From NCBI GenBank assembly GCA_035635775.1, contig DASQAL010000254.1, positions 13,035 through 77,034 on the forward strand: 64,000 bases of DNA, read 5' to 3'. The notes under the pieces are model-generated. The model made no database searches. It worked only from the letters and a program-made list of their open reading frames with translations, and had not been told where the DNA came from. Each line of letters begins with the position of its first letter. Position 1 is the stretch's first letter. The position numbers and the translations under genes are program-made. This document shows, piece after piece, positions 50,281-59,683 of the stretch. The stretch comes from Candidatus Acidiferrum sp. Its GTDB lineage: Bacteria > Methylomirabilota > Methylomirabilia > Rokubacteriales > CSP1-6.

Positions 50281-50544
50281 ATGGACGGAGCGTCGCGCGA
50301 GATCGGGTGCCCGGAATGCGTCGAGCTGCTCGCGGATTACATCGACGGGTCGCTCCCCCCGGATCAGACGGCGCAGCTCGAATGGCACCTGGACGGCTGC
50401 CCGCCCTGCGTGGCCTTCGTCAATACCTACAAGGGCACCGTCAACGCCGCCCGCCGTCTCCGTGAGCAGCCCGAGACCAGCCTCCCCGCCGAGCTCCGCC
50501 AGAAGCTGATCGCGTTCCTGAAGCGCTCCGACGCATCTCGTTAG
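50281..50544 (+). CDS. zf-HC2 (ZAS-type) putative anti-sigma factor
   Basis: CPECVELLADYIDGSLPPDQTAQLEWHLDGCPPC = C-x2-C ... H-x3-C-x2-C zinc-finger anti-sigma (RsrA/ChrR-like) signature. Confidence 0.7.
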   Translation: MDGASREIGCPECVELLADYIDGSLPPDQTAQLEWHLDGCPPCVAFVNTYKGTVNAARRLREQPETSLPAELRQKLIAFLKRSDASR

Positions 50545-50547
50545 CTC

Positions 50548-50590
50548 GGAGGGGGCTGCGCCCCCCTTCCGAACCTCCCCCCAAAGGACA
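50548..50590. repeat. G-rich hairpin repeat (inverted copy of the 19388-19428 element) after the anti-sigma gene; putative bidirectional terminator
   Basis: ggagggggctgcgccccccttccgaacctccccccaa is the reverse complement of ttggggggaggttcggaaggggggcg(cga)gcccccctcc at 19388-19428. Confidence 0.6.
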
Positions 50591-50641
50591 GGCTGCGCGG
50601 GCGGAGCCCGCGCTCGAAGCGGCTGACCTTACCGAGAACGC

Positions 50642-51709
50642 TTAGGCTAGCGCGAGTCGCGGCTCGGCGGTCACCTCGCCGATCTCCCACACCGGCTCGC
50701 GCGCGCTCGCGAAGGCCTCGCGCACCGCGTCGGCCCTCGCCGGGTCCACCGCGAAGAGCAGGCCGCCCGAGGTCTCCGACTCACAGAGCAGGTTGACCAT
50801 CGCGTCCGGCACCGCCGGGTCGATGCGGAGCCGCCCGAAGACCTCTTCGAGGTAGCGGCGGTTTCGCCCCATGCCGCCGCTCCAGCCCCCCAGATCGGCC
50901 AGCGCCCGCGCGCCTGGTAAGAGCGGCAGGTCCTGGCTTCGAATGGTCAGGCCCGCCCCCGAGGCCGCCACCATCTCGCTGGCGTGGCCGAGGAGCCCGA
51001 ACCCGGTGATGTCGGTGGCGCCGGTCGCCCCCGCCTCCTGCGCCACCCGGGCCGCCACGCGGTTGAGCCGGAGCATGCTCTGCACCGCGCCGTCGAGGAC
51101 CGCGGGCTCGCACTTGTCGTTCTTGGCCGCGGTGGCGATCACCCCGGTGCCGAGGGGCTTGGACAGGAACACGCGCTGACCCGCGCGGAGTCCGCCCTTG
51201 ATCAGGATGCGCCGCGGGTCGACCCGGCCGGTCACGCAGAGGCCGTACTTCGGCTCCGCGTCCACGACGGTGTGGCCGCCCGCGATGACGCCGCCCGCCT
51301 CGTGCACCTTGTCAGCGCCGCCCCGGAAGACGGCCGCGATGATGTCCTTGGGCAGCTCGCGCGGGAAGCCCGCCACGTTGAGCGCGAACAGCACCTGCCC
51401 GCCCATCGCGTACACGTCGGACATCGAGTTCGCGGCCGCGATCGCCCCGAAGAGATAGGGGTCGTCGACGATGGGCGGGAAGAAGTCGACCGTCTCCACG
51501 ATGGCCACGTCATCGGTCACGCGGTAGACGGCGGCGTCGTCGCTCCGGCCGAGCCCCACCAGCAGATCGGGGTGCTCCTCGCGGCGCAGATCCCCGAGCA
51601 CGGCCTGGAGATCTCCAGGACCCATCTTGGACGCTCACCCCGCGCAGGCGGCGTAGGCGGTGAGCCGGATCTCCTTGCCGGTCTTGGGATCGATCAGCTT
51701 CGGGTCCAT
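50642..51709 (-). CDS. selD: selenide, water dikinase (selenophosphate synthetase), selenocysteine-containing form (in-frame TGA at 51635-51637)
   Basis: Listed ORF starts MGPGDLQAVL... (SelD core: DAAV, AIR-synthase-like fold) but the reverse strand continues upstream in frame: ATG(51709) MDPKLIDPKTGKEIRLTAYAACAG-TGA-ASKMGPGDL..., aligning Sec with the catalytic Cys17 of E. coli SelD (TQYSHGAGCGCK); perfect palindrome CCTGGAGATCTCCAGG 15 nt 3' of the TGA. Confidence 0.8.
51600..51622 (-). promoter_or_regulatory. putative bSECIS hairpin for selD UGA
   Basis: CCUGGAGAUCUCCAGG (6-bp stem, 4-nt loop, extendable) beginning 15 nt downstream of the in-frame UGA. Confidence 0.5.
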
Positions 51710-51740
51710 GACCGTGGAGCGGGGACCGCGCGAGAGGCGG

Positions 51741-52634
51741 TCAGACGGCCTCGGCCTCGACGAAGGCGCGGAAAGCCTCCGCGAGGGGCGAGCGGCTGCG
51801 CTCCCGGTGGGTGGCGAGGTAGAAGGCCCGGGCGATCTTGAGATCCTTCACCCGGAGACACCAGACGCTGCCCGCCCGGCACTCGTCCTCGACGGCCCGC
51901 CGCGACACGAGCGACACGCCGACGCCCGCCTTCACCGCCTGCTTGATCGCCTGGGTCGAGCCCATCTCGCCGACCACGCGGAAGGCGGCGATGTCGCTGC
52001 CCGCCTGGGTGAGCGCGGCCTCGAGGGCCGCCCGCGTGCCCGACCCGCGCTCGCGGAGCAGGAGCGGCTCGGCGCGCAGCTCCTCCATCGTCACGTGCTT
52101 GCGCCCGTGCCAGGGATGCGCCGCGCTCACGATGAGGACGATGTCGTCGGGGAACAGCTCGCGGAACTCGATGCCCCGGTGACCCGATCGCGCCCCGACC
52201 ACGCCCACCTCGGCGCGGCCCTCGGCCACCCACTCCGTCACCGCCTGGCTGCCCCCGATGAGCAAGGTGATCGCGATATCGGGGAACTTCTCCTTGAAGC
52301 GGCCGATCAGGGCGGGGAGGATGTACTCACCGGGAATCGTGCTGGCACCCACGAGCAGCTCGCCGCTCATCCGCCCCTGGAAGCTCTCCATCGCCTGCCG
52401 CGCCTCGCGGGACAGGGCAAGGAGGCGCTGCGCGTAGCCCTGCAGCAGGGCGCCGCCCTTGGTGACGGCGGCCCCGCGGCCGAGGCGATCGAGCAGGCGC
52501 ACGCCCAGCTCGTCCTCGAGGCTGCGGATGTGCTCCGAGACGGTCGGCTGCGTCAGGAACAGCGCGTCGGCGGCCTTGGAAAACGAGCCGAGCTCGGCGA
52601 CCTTGACGAAAATCTCGAGCTGGCGTAGATCCAC
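51741..52634 (-). CDS. LysR-family transcriptional regulator
   Basis: N-terminal HTH (LRQLEIFVKVAELGSFSKAADALFLTQPTVSEHIRSLEDELG) and LysR substrate-binding domain. Confidence 0.9.
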   Translation of the reverse strand: MDLRQLEIFVKVAELGSFSKAADALFLTQPTVSEHIRSLEDELGVRLLDRLGRGAAVTKGGALLQGYAQRLLALSREARQAMESFQGRMSGELLVGASTIPGEYILPALIGRFKEKFPDIAITLLIGGSQAVTEWVAEGRAEVGVVGARSGHRGIEFRELFPDDIVLIVSAAHPWHGRKHVTMEELRAEPLLLRERGSGTRAALEAALTQAGSDIAAFRVVGEMGSTQAIKQAVKAGVGVSLVSRRAVEDECRAGSVWCLRVKDLKIARAFYLATHRERSRSPLAEAFRAFVEAEAV

Positions 52635-52742
52635 GGGCCCGAGTATAGAAGCGCCCCGGGGCCGTGTAAAGCCGAGGCCCGCGGCAGAGACACGAAAGGG
52701 GCCCGGAGGCCCCTCGTCGGACGCGGCGGCGCTACCGCTGGC

Positions 52743-52958
52743 TCAGCGGCAGCCGCACCCGCCCCCGCAACAGCCGCCTCCGCCCGTGGGCGCCGACGAG
52801 GCATCGCTCATGCGCCCGCCGGTCTTCACCCCCACGACGGAGAGCCGCCGGCTCACGCGCTCGCTCTCGCACGAGACGCACACCACCGCCGACGGGCGCT
52901 GCACGAACTTCTCGAACTCGGCCCCGCAGGCCAAGCACGCGTATTCATAGATGGGCAT
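52743..52958 (-). CDS. FmdB-family zinc-ribbon protein with Gly/Cys-rich C-terminal tail
   Basis: MPIYEYACLACGAEFE ... CVSCES (CxxC...CxxC) then GGGGCCGGGCGCR tail. Confidence 0.7.
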   Translation of the reverse strand: MPIYEYACLACGAEFEKFVQRPSAVVCVSCESERVSRRLSVVGVKTGGRMSDASSAPTGGGGCCGGGCGCR

Positions 52959-52994
52959 GACGCCGCTCCGATCCTTGTCCCGACCAGTCCGCGG

Positions 52995-53198
52995 TTACTG
53001 TCCGCCGCGCTGGACGTAGCTCTTCACGAACTCCTCGGCGTTCTCCTCAAGGATGTCGTCGATCTCGTCGAGGAGGCTGTCCAGCTCCTCCTTGATCTTC
53101 TTGCCCTTCTTGGAGAGCTCGGCACTACCCGCGCCGCCGTCGTCACCACCCTCGGCAGGCTTGGTCGGCCTCGTTTCCTTCTTCTTCTGCTCAGCCAT
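52995..53198 (-). CDS. pup: prokaryotic ubiquitin-like protein Pup (GGQ C-terminus)
   Basis: 67 aa, disordered acidic N-half and C-terminal LDEIDDILEENAEEFVKSYVQRGGQ, matching the Pup signature (Mtb: LDEIDDVLEENAEDFVRAYVQKGGQ). Confidence 0.8.
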   Translation of the reverse strand: MAEQKKKETRPTKPAEGGDDGGAGSAELSKKGKKIKEELDSLLDEIDDILEENAEEFVKSYVQRGGQ

Positions 53199-53243
53199 GG
53201 GACGTCACCTCCTGGCCCCGGTCCGCGGAGCCGGCGTCAGGGC

Positions 53244-53795
53244 CTAGACCGTCGGCAGCACGATCCCCTGCTGGCCCTGATACTTCCCCTGCCGGTCAGC
53301 ATATGACGTCTCGCAGGCCTCGTCCGATTCAAAGAAAAGGACCTGCGCGATGCCCTCATTGGCGTAGATCTTCGCCGGGAGCGGCGTGGTGTTGCTGATC
53401 TCGAGCGTCACGTACCCCTCCCACTCCGGCTCGAACGGCGTCACGTTCGTGATGACGCCGCACCGCGCGTAGGTCGACTTCCCTACGCAGATCGTCAGCA
53501 CGTTGCGCGGGATCTTGAAGTACTCCACCGAGCGTCCCAGCGCGAACGAGTTGGGCGGGATCACCGCGACCTCGCCCTGATAGTCGACGAAAGACCGCGG
53601 GTCGAAGCTCTTCGGATCCACGATCGTGGTGTTGATATTGGTGAAGATCTTGAACTCATCCGCGATGCGGATGTCGTACCCGTAGGAGGAGAGGCCGTAG
53701 GAGATCCCGCCCTTGCGCACCTGACGGTCTTCGAAGGGCTTGATCATGCCCTTCTCCACGGCCATGCGCCGGATCCAGCGGTCGCTCTTGATCAC
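53244..53795 (-). CDS. dcd: dCTP deaminase
   Basis: dUTPase-like fold motifs ([25 protein letters not shown]). Confidence 0.88.
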   Translation of the reverse strand: MIKSDRWIRRMAVEKGMIKPFEDRQVRKGGISYGLSSYGYDIRIADEFKIFTNINTTIVDPKSFDPRSFVDYQGEVAVIPPNSFALGRSVEYFKIPRNVLTICVGKSTYARCGVITNVTPFEPEWEGYVTLEISNTTPLPAKIYANEGIAQVLFFESDEACETSYADRQGKYQGQQGIVLPTV

Positions 53796-53838
53796 ACGTG
53801 CACCTTGTACCGATCGTACTGCCTGCTCCGAGTGGGAG

Positions 53839-54747
53839 TCAAGTCTCGGGCAGTCGTTCCCACGTCGCGCCCTCCGCGTCCACCGGGAGACTGAGCGCCC
53901 GGCCCCCGATCCCGGCCTCCCGCAGCGCGCGCTCCATCGCGCGCGCCACGTCGTCGCCGCGGCCGCGCACCGCCGCGAGCATGGACGGACCCGCCCCGCT
54001 CAGGACGCAACCGAGTGCGCCCGCCCGCCGCCCCGCGGCGGCCACCGCCTCCATCCACGGGAAGAGCCGCTGGCGATAGGGCTGGTGGAGCCGGTCCTGC
54101 ATGGCGAGGTCGAGCAGGTCCGGGCGTCCGGCCCCGAGCGCGGCCAGCAGCAGGCTCACCCGCTGCACGTTGAAGACCGCGTCGGCCCGCGGGACCGAGT
54201 CCGGAAGCACCGCCCGGGCCTCCCGCGTGGAGCTCTCGGTCTCGGGCAGCAGCACCACCCAGGCGATCTCGCGCGGCACCGGCAGGCTCACCGCGGTGAC
54301 GCGCGCCCCGTCGGCGCAGGATACGGTGAGCCCGCCCAGCACCGCAGCGGCCACGTTGTCCGGATGGCCCTCGGCCCGGGCCGCCGCGGTGACGAGCGCG
54401 TCGCGATCGAGCGGCTCGCCCAGCAGCGCGTTGGCCGCGAGCAGGCCGCCGACCCAGGCCGCCGCGCTCGAGCCCAGGCCGCGGTTCAGCGGGATGCGGT
54501 TGACGCAGCGAAGGCGCCCGCCGCGGAAGGGCCGGCCCGCCACCTCGAAGCCCAGGGTGACGCCGCGGGCGACCACGTTCGTCGCGTCCCCGTCGAGCCG
54601 GCCCGCGCCCTCGCCCTCCACGCTGACGGAGACTTCGTCCGCCTCCTCGAGGATCACCTCGTTGTGGAGCCCCAGCGCCAGGCCCAGCGCGTCGAAGCCC
54701 GGCCCGAGGTTGGCGGAGGTGGCGGGCACGCGAACCCGGACGCGCAT
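53839..54747 (-). CDS. thrB: homoserine kinase
   Basis: GHMP kinase motifs [12 protein letters not shown] and [15 protein letters not shown]; start at MRVRVRV inside listed ORF. Confidence 0.88.
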   Translation of the reverse strand: MRVRVRVPATSANLGPGFDALGLALGLHNEVILEEADEVSVSVEGEGAGRLDGDATNVVARGVTLGFEVAGRPFRGGRLRCVNRIPLNRGLGSSAAAWVGGLLAANALLGEPLDRDALVTAAARAEGHPDNVAAAVLGGLTVSCADGARVTAVSLPVPREIAWVVLLPETESSTREARAVLPDSVPRADAVFNVQRVSLLLAALGAGRPDLLDLAMQDRLHQPYRQRLFPWMEAVAAAGRRAGALGCVLSGAGPSMLAAVRGRGDDVARAMERALREAGIGGRALSLPVDAEGATWERLPET

Positions 54748-54802
54748 GGCGCAGAGAATACCCCGGGTCCGGGGTAGAATGCGTGAGAACGGGCCGGCCG
54801 CT

Positions 54803-55936
54803 ATGCCCAGGACCATCATCGAGCCGCAGTTCACGATCGAACACCTGTCCATCCTGGACAGCGACGGCAACCTGGACTCCGCCCTCGATCCCCGGATCCC
54901 CCCCGAGGAGCTCCAGCGCCTCTACCGCGCCATGCTCCTGGCCCGGCATTTCGACGAGCGCATGCTGCGGCTGCAGCGCCAGGGGCGCATCGGCACCTTC
55001 GCGCCGATCAAGGGCCAGGAGGCGGCCCAGCTCGGCAGCGTGGCCACGCTGCGGCGGACGGACTGGATGGTGCCGTCCTTCCGCGAGACCGCGTCCATGC
55101 TCTGGCGGGGCTGGTCCATGGAGAAGCTCCTGCTCTTCTTCTCGGGGTACCTCGAAGGCGGGCGGCCCGAGCCCGAGCAGCACGATCTCCCGATCTGCAT
55201 CCCGGTCGCCACCCAGCTCCCGCACGCGGTGGGCTTGGCCTACGCCGCGCAGTACCGCGGCGACGACGCGGTGGTGATGGCCTACTGCGGCGACGGGGCC
55301 ACCTCCGAGGGCGATTTCCACGAGGCCATGAACTTCGCGGGTGTCTGGCACGTGCCGGTGGTCTTCATCGTGCAGAACAACCAGTGGGCGATCTCCATTC
55401 CGCTCAAGAAGCAGACCCACTCGCGCACCATCGCCCAGAAGGCGCTGGCCTACGGCTTCCCGGGCCTGCAGGTGGACGGCAACGACGTGCTCGCGGTGTA
55501 CGCGGCCAGCCGCGAGGCGGTGGAGCGGGCGCGCCGCGGCGACGGCCCGACCCTCATCGAGTGCGTCACCTATCGCCTGGGCGTGCACACCACCTCTGAC
55601 GACCCCACCAAGTACCGCTCGACCGAGGAGGTGGAGGCGTGGGAACGGAAGGACCCCCTCACCCGCTTCCGCGCCTACCTGCAGACGCGGAACCTGCTCG
55701 AGCCTGGCCTGGAGGAGGCGGTCGACGCGGAGATCGCGCGCGGCGTGCAGGCCTTCGAGGCGGCCGGTCCGCCGGATCCGCTCACCGTCTTCGATCACGC
55801 CTACGGCAACCCGCCCGCCGAGATCGCCGCCCAGCGGGCCGCGATGGCGGCGCGGCTCGGTCATGCCCCCCAGCCGGACGCGGGCCCACCGCCGAGCCCG
55901 CCCATGAGAGGACAGAGGCGCTCGTGGCCAAGCTGA
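54803..55936 (+). CDS. pdhA: 2-oxoacid (pyruvate/acetoin-type) dehydrogenase E1 component alpha subunit
   Basis: ThDP-binding YCGDGATSEGDFHEAMNFAGVW ... VVFIVQNNQWAIS; portion of the listed 611-aa ORF from MPRTIIEPQ. Confidence 0.88.
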   Translation: MPRTIIEPQFTIEHLSILDSDGNLDSALDPRIPPEELQRLYRAMLLARHFDERMLRLQRQGRIGTFAPIKGQEAAQLGSVATLRRTDWMVPSFRETASMLWRGWSMEKLLLFFSGYLEGGRPEPEQHDLPICIPVATQLPHAVGLAYAAQYRGDDAVVMAYCGDGATSEGDFHEAMNFAGVWHVPVVFIVQNNQWAISIPLKKQTHSRTIAQKALAYGFPGLQVDGNDVLAVYAASREAVERARRGDGPTLIECVTYRLGVHTTSDDPTKYRSTEEVEAWERKDPLTRFRAYLQTRNLLEPGLEEAVDAEIARGVQAFEAAGPPDPLTVFDHAYGNPPAEIAAQRAAMAARLGHAPQPDAGPPPSPPMRGQRRSWPS

Positions 55937-56904
55937 ACATGGTGAAGGCGCTGAACCTGGCGCTCCTGCAGGAGATGGAGCGCGATCCCGACGTGCTCGT
56001 GATCGGCGAGGACGTGGGGGTGGACGGCGGCGTCTTCCGGGTCACCGAGGACCTCCACCGCAAGTTCGGCGGCACCCGGGTGATGGACAGCCCGCTCGCG
56101 GAGGCCGGCATCATCGGCGCCTCGGTGGGCATGGCGCTCTACGGGCTCAAGCCGGTCTGCGAGATCCAGTTCTCCGGCTTCGCCTTCCAGTGCTTCCATC
56201 AGATGGAGAATCACGTCGCACGGTACCGCATGCGCACCCAGGGCCGCTTCGGCTGCCAGATGGTGGTGCGCATGCCCTACGGGGGCGGGGTGCGGGCGCT
56301 CGAGCACCACTCGGAGAGCGAGGAGCAGTTCTACGCCCACATTCCCGGCCTCAAGATGGTGATCCCCTCGGGCCCGCGCAATGCCTGGGCCCTGCTGGCC
56401 GCCGCCATCCGCGACCCCGACCCGGTGATCTTCTTCGAGGCCAAGGCGCTCTACCACGCCGCCAAGGAGGACGTGCCGGACGAGATCGAGACGATCGAGA
56501 TCGGCCGGGCCCACGTCGACCGGGCCGGCAAGGACCTCACCCTCGTCGCCTACGGGGCCATGGTCCGGATGGCCCGCGAGGCGGCCGACCGGCTCCACGA
56601 GGAGGACGGGGCCCTGATCGAGATCGTGGACCTGCTGACGATCTCACCGCTCGACCGCGAGACGCTGACCGCGTCGGTGCGCAAGACGGGCCGCGCCGTC
56701 GTGGTCCACGAGGCGCCGAAGAGCTTCGGCCCCGGCGCCGAGATCGCCACCAGCATCATGGAGGGCGCCTTCCTGTCGCTCGAGGCCCCGATCCGGCGCG
56801 TGACCGCTCACGATGTACCCTTCGTGGGCTTCGCCCGCGAGCGGGCGAACCTGCCCGACGTGGCCCGGATCGTCGACGCCTGCCGCGAGACTCTGTCGTT
56901 CTAA
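55924..56904 (+). CDS. pdhB: 2-oxoacid dehydrogenase E1 component beta subunit
   Basis: VAKLNMVKALNLALLQEMERDPDVLVIGEDVG resembles E1-beta N-termini (MAQMTMVQAI...); GTG start overlapping pdhA by 13 nt (ATG at 55939 is the alternative). Confidence 0.85.
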   Translation: MAKLNMVKALNLALLQEMERDPDVLVIGEDVGVDGGVFRVTEDLHRKFGGTRVMDSPLAEAGIIGASVGMALYGLKPVCEIQFSGFAFQCFHQMENHVARYRMRTQGRFGCQMVVRMPYGGGVRALEHHSESEEQFYAHIPGLKMVIPSGPRNAWALLAAAIRDPDPVIFFEAKALYHAAKEDVPDEIETIEIGRAHVDRAGKDLTLVAYGAMVRMAREAADRLHEEDGALIEIVDLLTISPLDRETLTASVRKTGRAVVVHEAPKSFGPGAEIATSIMEGAFLSLEAPIRRVTAHDVPFVGFARERANLPDVARIVDACRETLSF

Positions 56905-56949
56905 TGCCTGGCGAGGCGCAGCCGAAGGCGAGACGAGCGGACAATACAA

Positions 56950-58230
56950 ATGTCTAAGACATTTAGCCTCCCGGACCTTGGAGAAGGCTTGACGGAGGCC
57001 GAGATCGTCGCGGTCCTCGTGCGTGAGGGCGACGTCATCCGGGAAGACGCGCCGCTCCTCGAGGTGGAGACGGACAAGGCGCAAGTCGAGATCCCCTCGC
57101 CCATGGGCGGGCGCGTGGAGAAGGTCCACGTACAGCCAGGCCAGACCGTCAAGGTCGGCGCGCCGCTCGTCACGTTCGCCGATGGGGCGGCGGAGCCGGC
57201 CGCCGCGCCGACGCCGAGTCGGAGCGCGCCCGCGGCCACCGCTCCTGCGCGGGCGGCCGCCGCGGCCCCGCCCGCGCCTGCCGCGCGTGCCGAAGGCCCG
57301 GTGCCGGCGACCCCCGCCACGCGGCGCCTCGCCCGCGAGCTGGGCGTGGATCTCAAGGCCGTGCGCGGCAGCGGCCCGGGCGGCCGCGTGCTCGACGAGG
57401 ACGTGCGCGCCGCCGCGTCCGGATCGCGGGGCGCCCCCGCGCCGGCGTCCGTCGCGCCGGCGGGCCCGGCCAAGCCGCTGGCCACGGTGGGCCTCGAGGC
57501 CCCGCCGCTCCCGCGCTTCGAGCAGTGGGGCCCGGTGGAGCGCGCGCCGCTCTCCCACCTGCGCCGCACCATCGCCGACCGCATGACCCTCGCGGCCACC
57601 CTGATTCCCCACGTCACCCACTTCGACCGCGCCGACATCACGGACCTGGACGCGATCATCACCCGGAACCTCGAGGCGGCCCGCGCCAAGGGCGTGACGC
57701 TCACCCTGACCTCGTTCCTGCTGAAGGCGGCAGCGCTCGCCTTGCTACGCCATCCCACGTTCAACGCGAGCCTCGACCCGGCCGCGGGCGAGATGGTCCT
57801 GAAGCGCTACTACAACCTGGGAGTGGCGGTGGCGACCGAGCGCGGCCTGATCGTGCCGGTGCTACGTGAGGTCGATCGAAAGCCGGTGCTGGAGATCGCG
57901 CGGGAGCTGGGCGCCCTGGCCCAGCGCGTCCGCGACGGCAAGGCCACGCTCGACGACCTGCGCGGCGGCACCTTCACGATCACCAATATCGGCGCATTGG
58001 GCGGCACCGCCGCGATCCCCATCATCAACTACCCCGAGGTCGCCATCCTCGCCGTGGCGCGCGCCCGCCCGGAGCCGGTGGTGCGGCAGGGCCAGATCGT
58101 GCCGCGGCTCATGCTGCCGCTCACCCTCACCTTCGACCACCGCATCGCCGACGGCGCCGACGGCGCCCGCTTCGCCGCCGAGATCGTGCAGCTGCTCGAG
58201 GCGCCCGAGCGACTCCTCTGGGAGTGGTGA
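56950..58230 (+). CDS. dihydrolipoamide acyltransferase E2 (lipoyl domain, E3-binding domain, catalytic domain)
   Basis: Lipoyl Lys in EVETDKAQVEIPSP, Ala/Pro linkers, PSBD (ATPATRRLARELGVDL), catalytic DHRIADGA. Confidence 0.9.
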   Translation: MSKTFSLPDLGEGLTEAEIVAVLVREGDVIREDAPLLEVETDKAQVEIPSPMGGRVEKVHVQPGQTVKVGAPLVTFADGAAEPAAAPTPSRSAPAATAPARAAAAAPPAPAARAEGPVPATPATRRLARELGVDLKAVRGSGPGGRVLDEDVRAAASGSRGAPAPASVAPAGPAKPLATVGLEAPPLPRFEQWGPVERAPLSHLRRTIADRMTLAATLIPHVTHFDRADITDLDAIITRNLEAARAKGVTLTLTSFLLKAAALALLRHPTFNASLDPAAGEMVLKRYYNLGVAVATERGLIVPVLREVDRKPVLEIARELGALAQRVRDGKATLDDLRGGTFTITNIGALGGTAAIPIINYPEVAILAVARARPEPVVRQGQIVPRLMLPLTLTFDHRIADGADGARFAAEIVQLLEAPERLLWEW

Positions 58231-58233
58231 GCC

Positions 58234-59634
58234 ATGGTCATGGGCGATCTCGTCGACGAGGTGGAGGTCGCCGTGCTGGGCGGCGGGCCGGGCGGCTACT
58301 CGGCCGCCTTCCGCTGCGCCGAGCTCGGCCTCGAGACCGTGGTGATCGACGCGGCCCAGCGCCTGGGCGGGGCCTGCCTGTTCGAGGGCTGCATCCCCAG
58401 CAAGGCTCTCCTGCACGTGGCCGCGGTGCTGAGCGAGGTGGAGCGCGCCAAGGAGTTCGGCGTGGACTTCGGCGAGCCGCGCATCTCGCTCGATCCCCTG
58501 CGGAAATGGAAGCAGGAGCGGGTCGTGGGCAAGCTCGCGCGGGGGCTCACCGCGGTGGCGAAGGCCAAGGGCGTCGAGGTGATCGGCGGGCACGGCGTCT
58601 TCGAGGACTCGAGCACGCTCCGGATCGAGGCCGGTGAGACGCTCCGGAAGGTCCGCTTCAAGCACGCCATCGTGGCCACCGGCTCGCGCCCGAGCGGCCT
58701 GCCCGGCCTCACCCTGCAGAGCGAGCGTGTCATGGACTCGACCGCCGCGCTCGAGCTGCCCGACATCCCCGCGCGCTTGCTCGTGATCGGCGGCGGGTAC
58801 ATCGGCCTCGAGCTGGGCACGGTCTACGCGACGCTGGGCAGCCGTGTGACCCTGGTCGAGATGACGGACGGCCTGCTGCCCGGCGTCGACCGCGACCTGG
58901 TCCAGCCGCTCCAGCGCCGTGTGGACAAGATTTTTGCGGCGATCCACCTCGGGACTAAGGTTGCGGCGCTCCGCGAGACTGGTGCCCAGATCGAGGCCGA
59001 TCTCGAAGGCCGGGAGACCGAGCGCTTCGACCGCGTGCTGGTGGCGGTGGGCCGTCGCGCCCAGAGCGACGGCCTCGGCCTCGAGGTCACCCGGGTTCGC
59101 CTGACCGAGCGCGGCCGCTTCGTCCAGGTGGACGAGCGCTGCCGCACCGAGGATCCGCGGATCTACGCGGTTGGCGACGTCACCGGCGAGCCGATGCTCG
59201 CGCATCGGGCGATGCGACAGGGCAAGGTCGCCGCGGAAGCGGTGGCCGGGCGGCTGGCCGCGTTCGACAATGTGGCGATCCCGGCGGTCGTCTTCACCGA
59301 TCCGGAGATCGCCTGGTGCGGGCTCAGCGAGGCTCAGGCCAAGGGTCAGGGACTGACGGTCAAGGTGGCGAAATTCCAGTGGGCCGCCTCGGGACGTGCG
59401 GCGACGCTCGGCCGGTCGGACGGCCTCACCAAGCTGGTCGCCGACGCCGCGTCCGGGCGCGTGCTCGGCGTCGGCATCGTGGGACCGGGCGCTGGCGAGC
59501 TGATCGCCGAGGCGAGCCTGGCCGTGGAGACCGCCGCGCTGGTCGAGGACGTCGCTGTGACCATCCATGCCCACCCGACCCTCTCGGAGAGCTTGATGGA
59601 GGCGGCCGAGCACCTCCTCGCCCCTGAGGCTTAG
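58234..59634 (+). CDS. lpdA: dihydrolipoyl dehydrogenase E3
   Basis: FAD motif VLGGGPGGYSAA, redox disulfide GGACLFEGCIPSK, NAD motif, C-terminal HAHPTLSE. Confidence 0.92.
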   Translation: MVMGDLVDEVEVAVLGGGPGGYSAAFRCAELGLETVVIDAAQRLGGACLFEGCIPSKALLHVAAVLSEVERAKEFGVDFGEPRISLDPLRKWKQERVVGKLARGLTAVAKAKGVEVIGGHGVFEDSSTLRIEAGETLRKVRFKHAIVATGSRPSGLPGLTLQSERVMDSTAALELPDIPARLLVIGGGYIGLELGTVYATLGSRVTLVEMTDGLLPGVDRDLVQPLQRRVDKIFAAIHLGTKVAALRETGAQIEADLEGRETERFDRVLVAVGRRAQSDGLGLEVTRVRLTERGRFVQVDERCRTEDPRIYAVGDVTGEPMLAHRAMRQGKVAAEAVAGRLAAFDNVAIPAVVFTDPEIAWCGLSEAQAKGQGLTVKVAKFQWAASGRAATLGRSDGLTKLVADAASGRVLGVGIVGPGAGELIAEASLAVETAALVEDVAVTIHAHPTLSESLMEAAEHLLAPEA

Positions 59635-59683
59635 GGGCGCGGCCCTGCCCGAGTCGGTCCGCGTCGCCGTCGCTTCGGGCACC

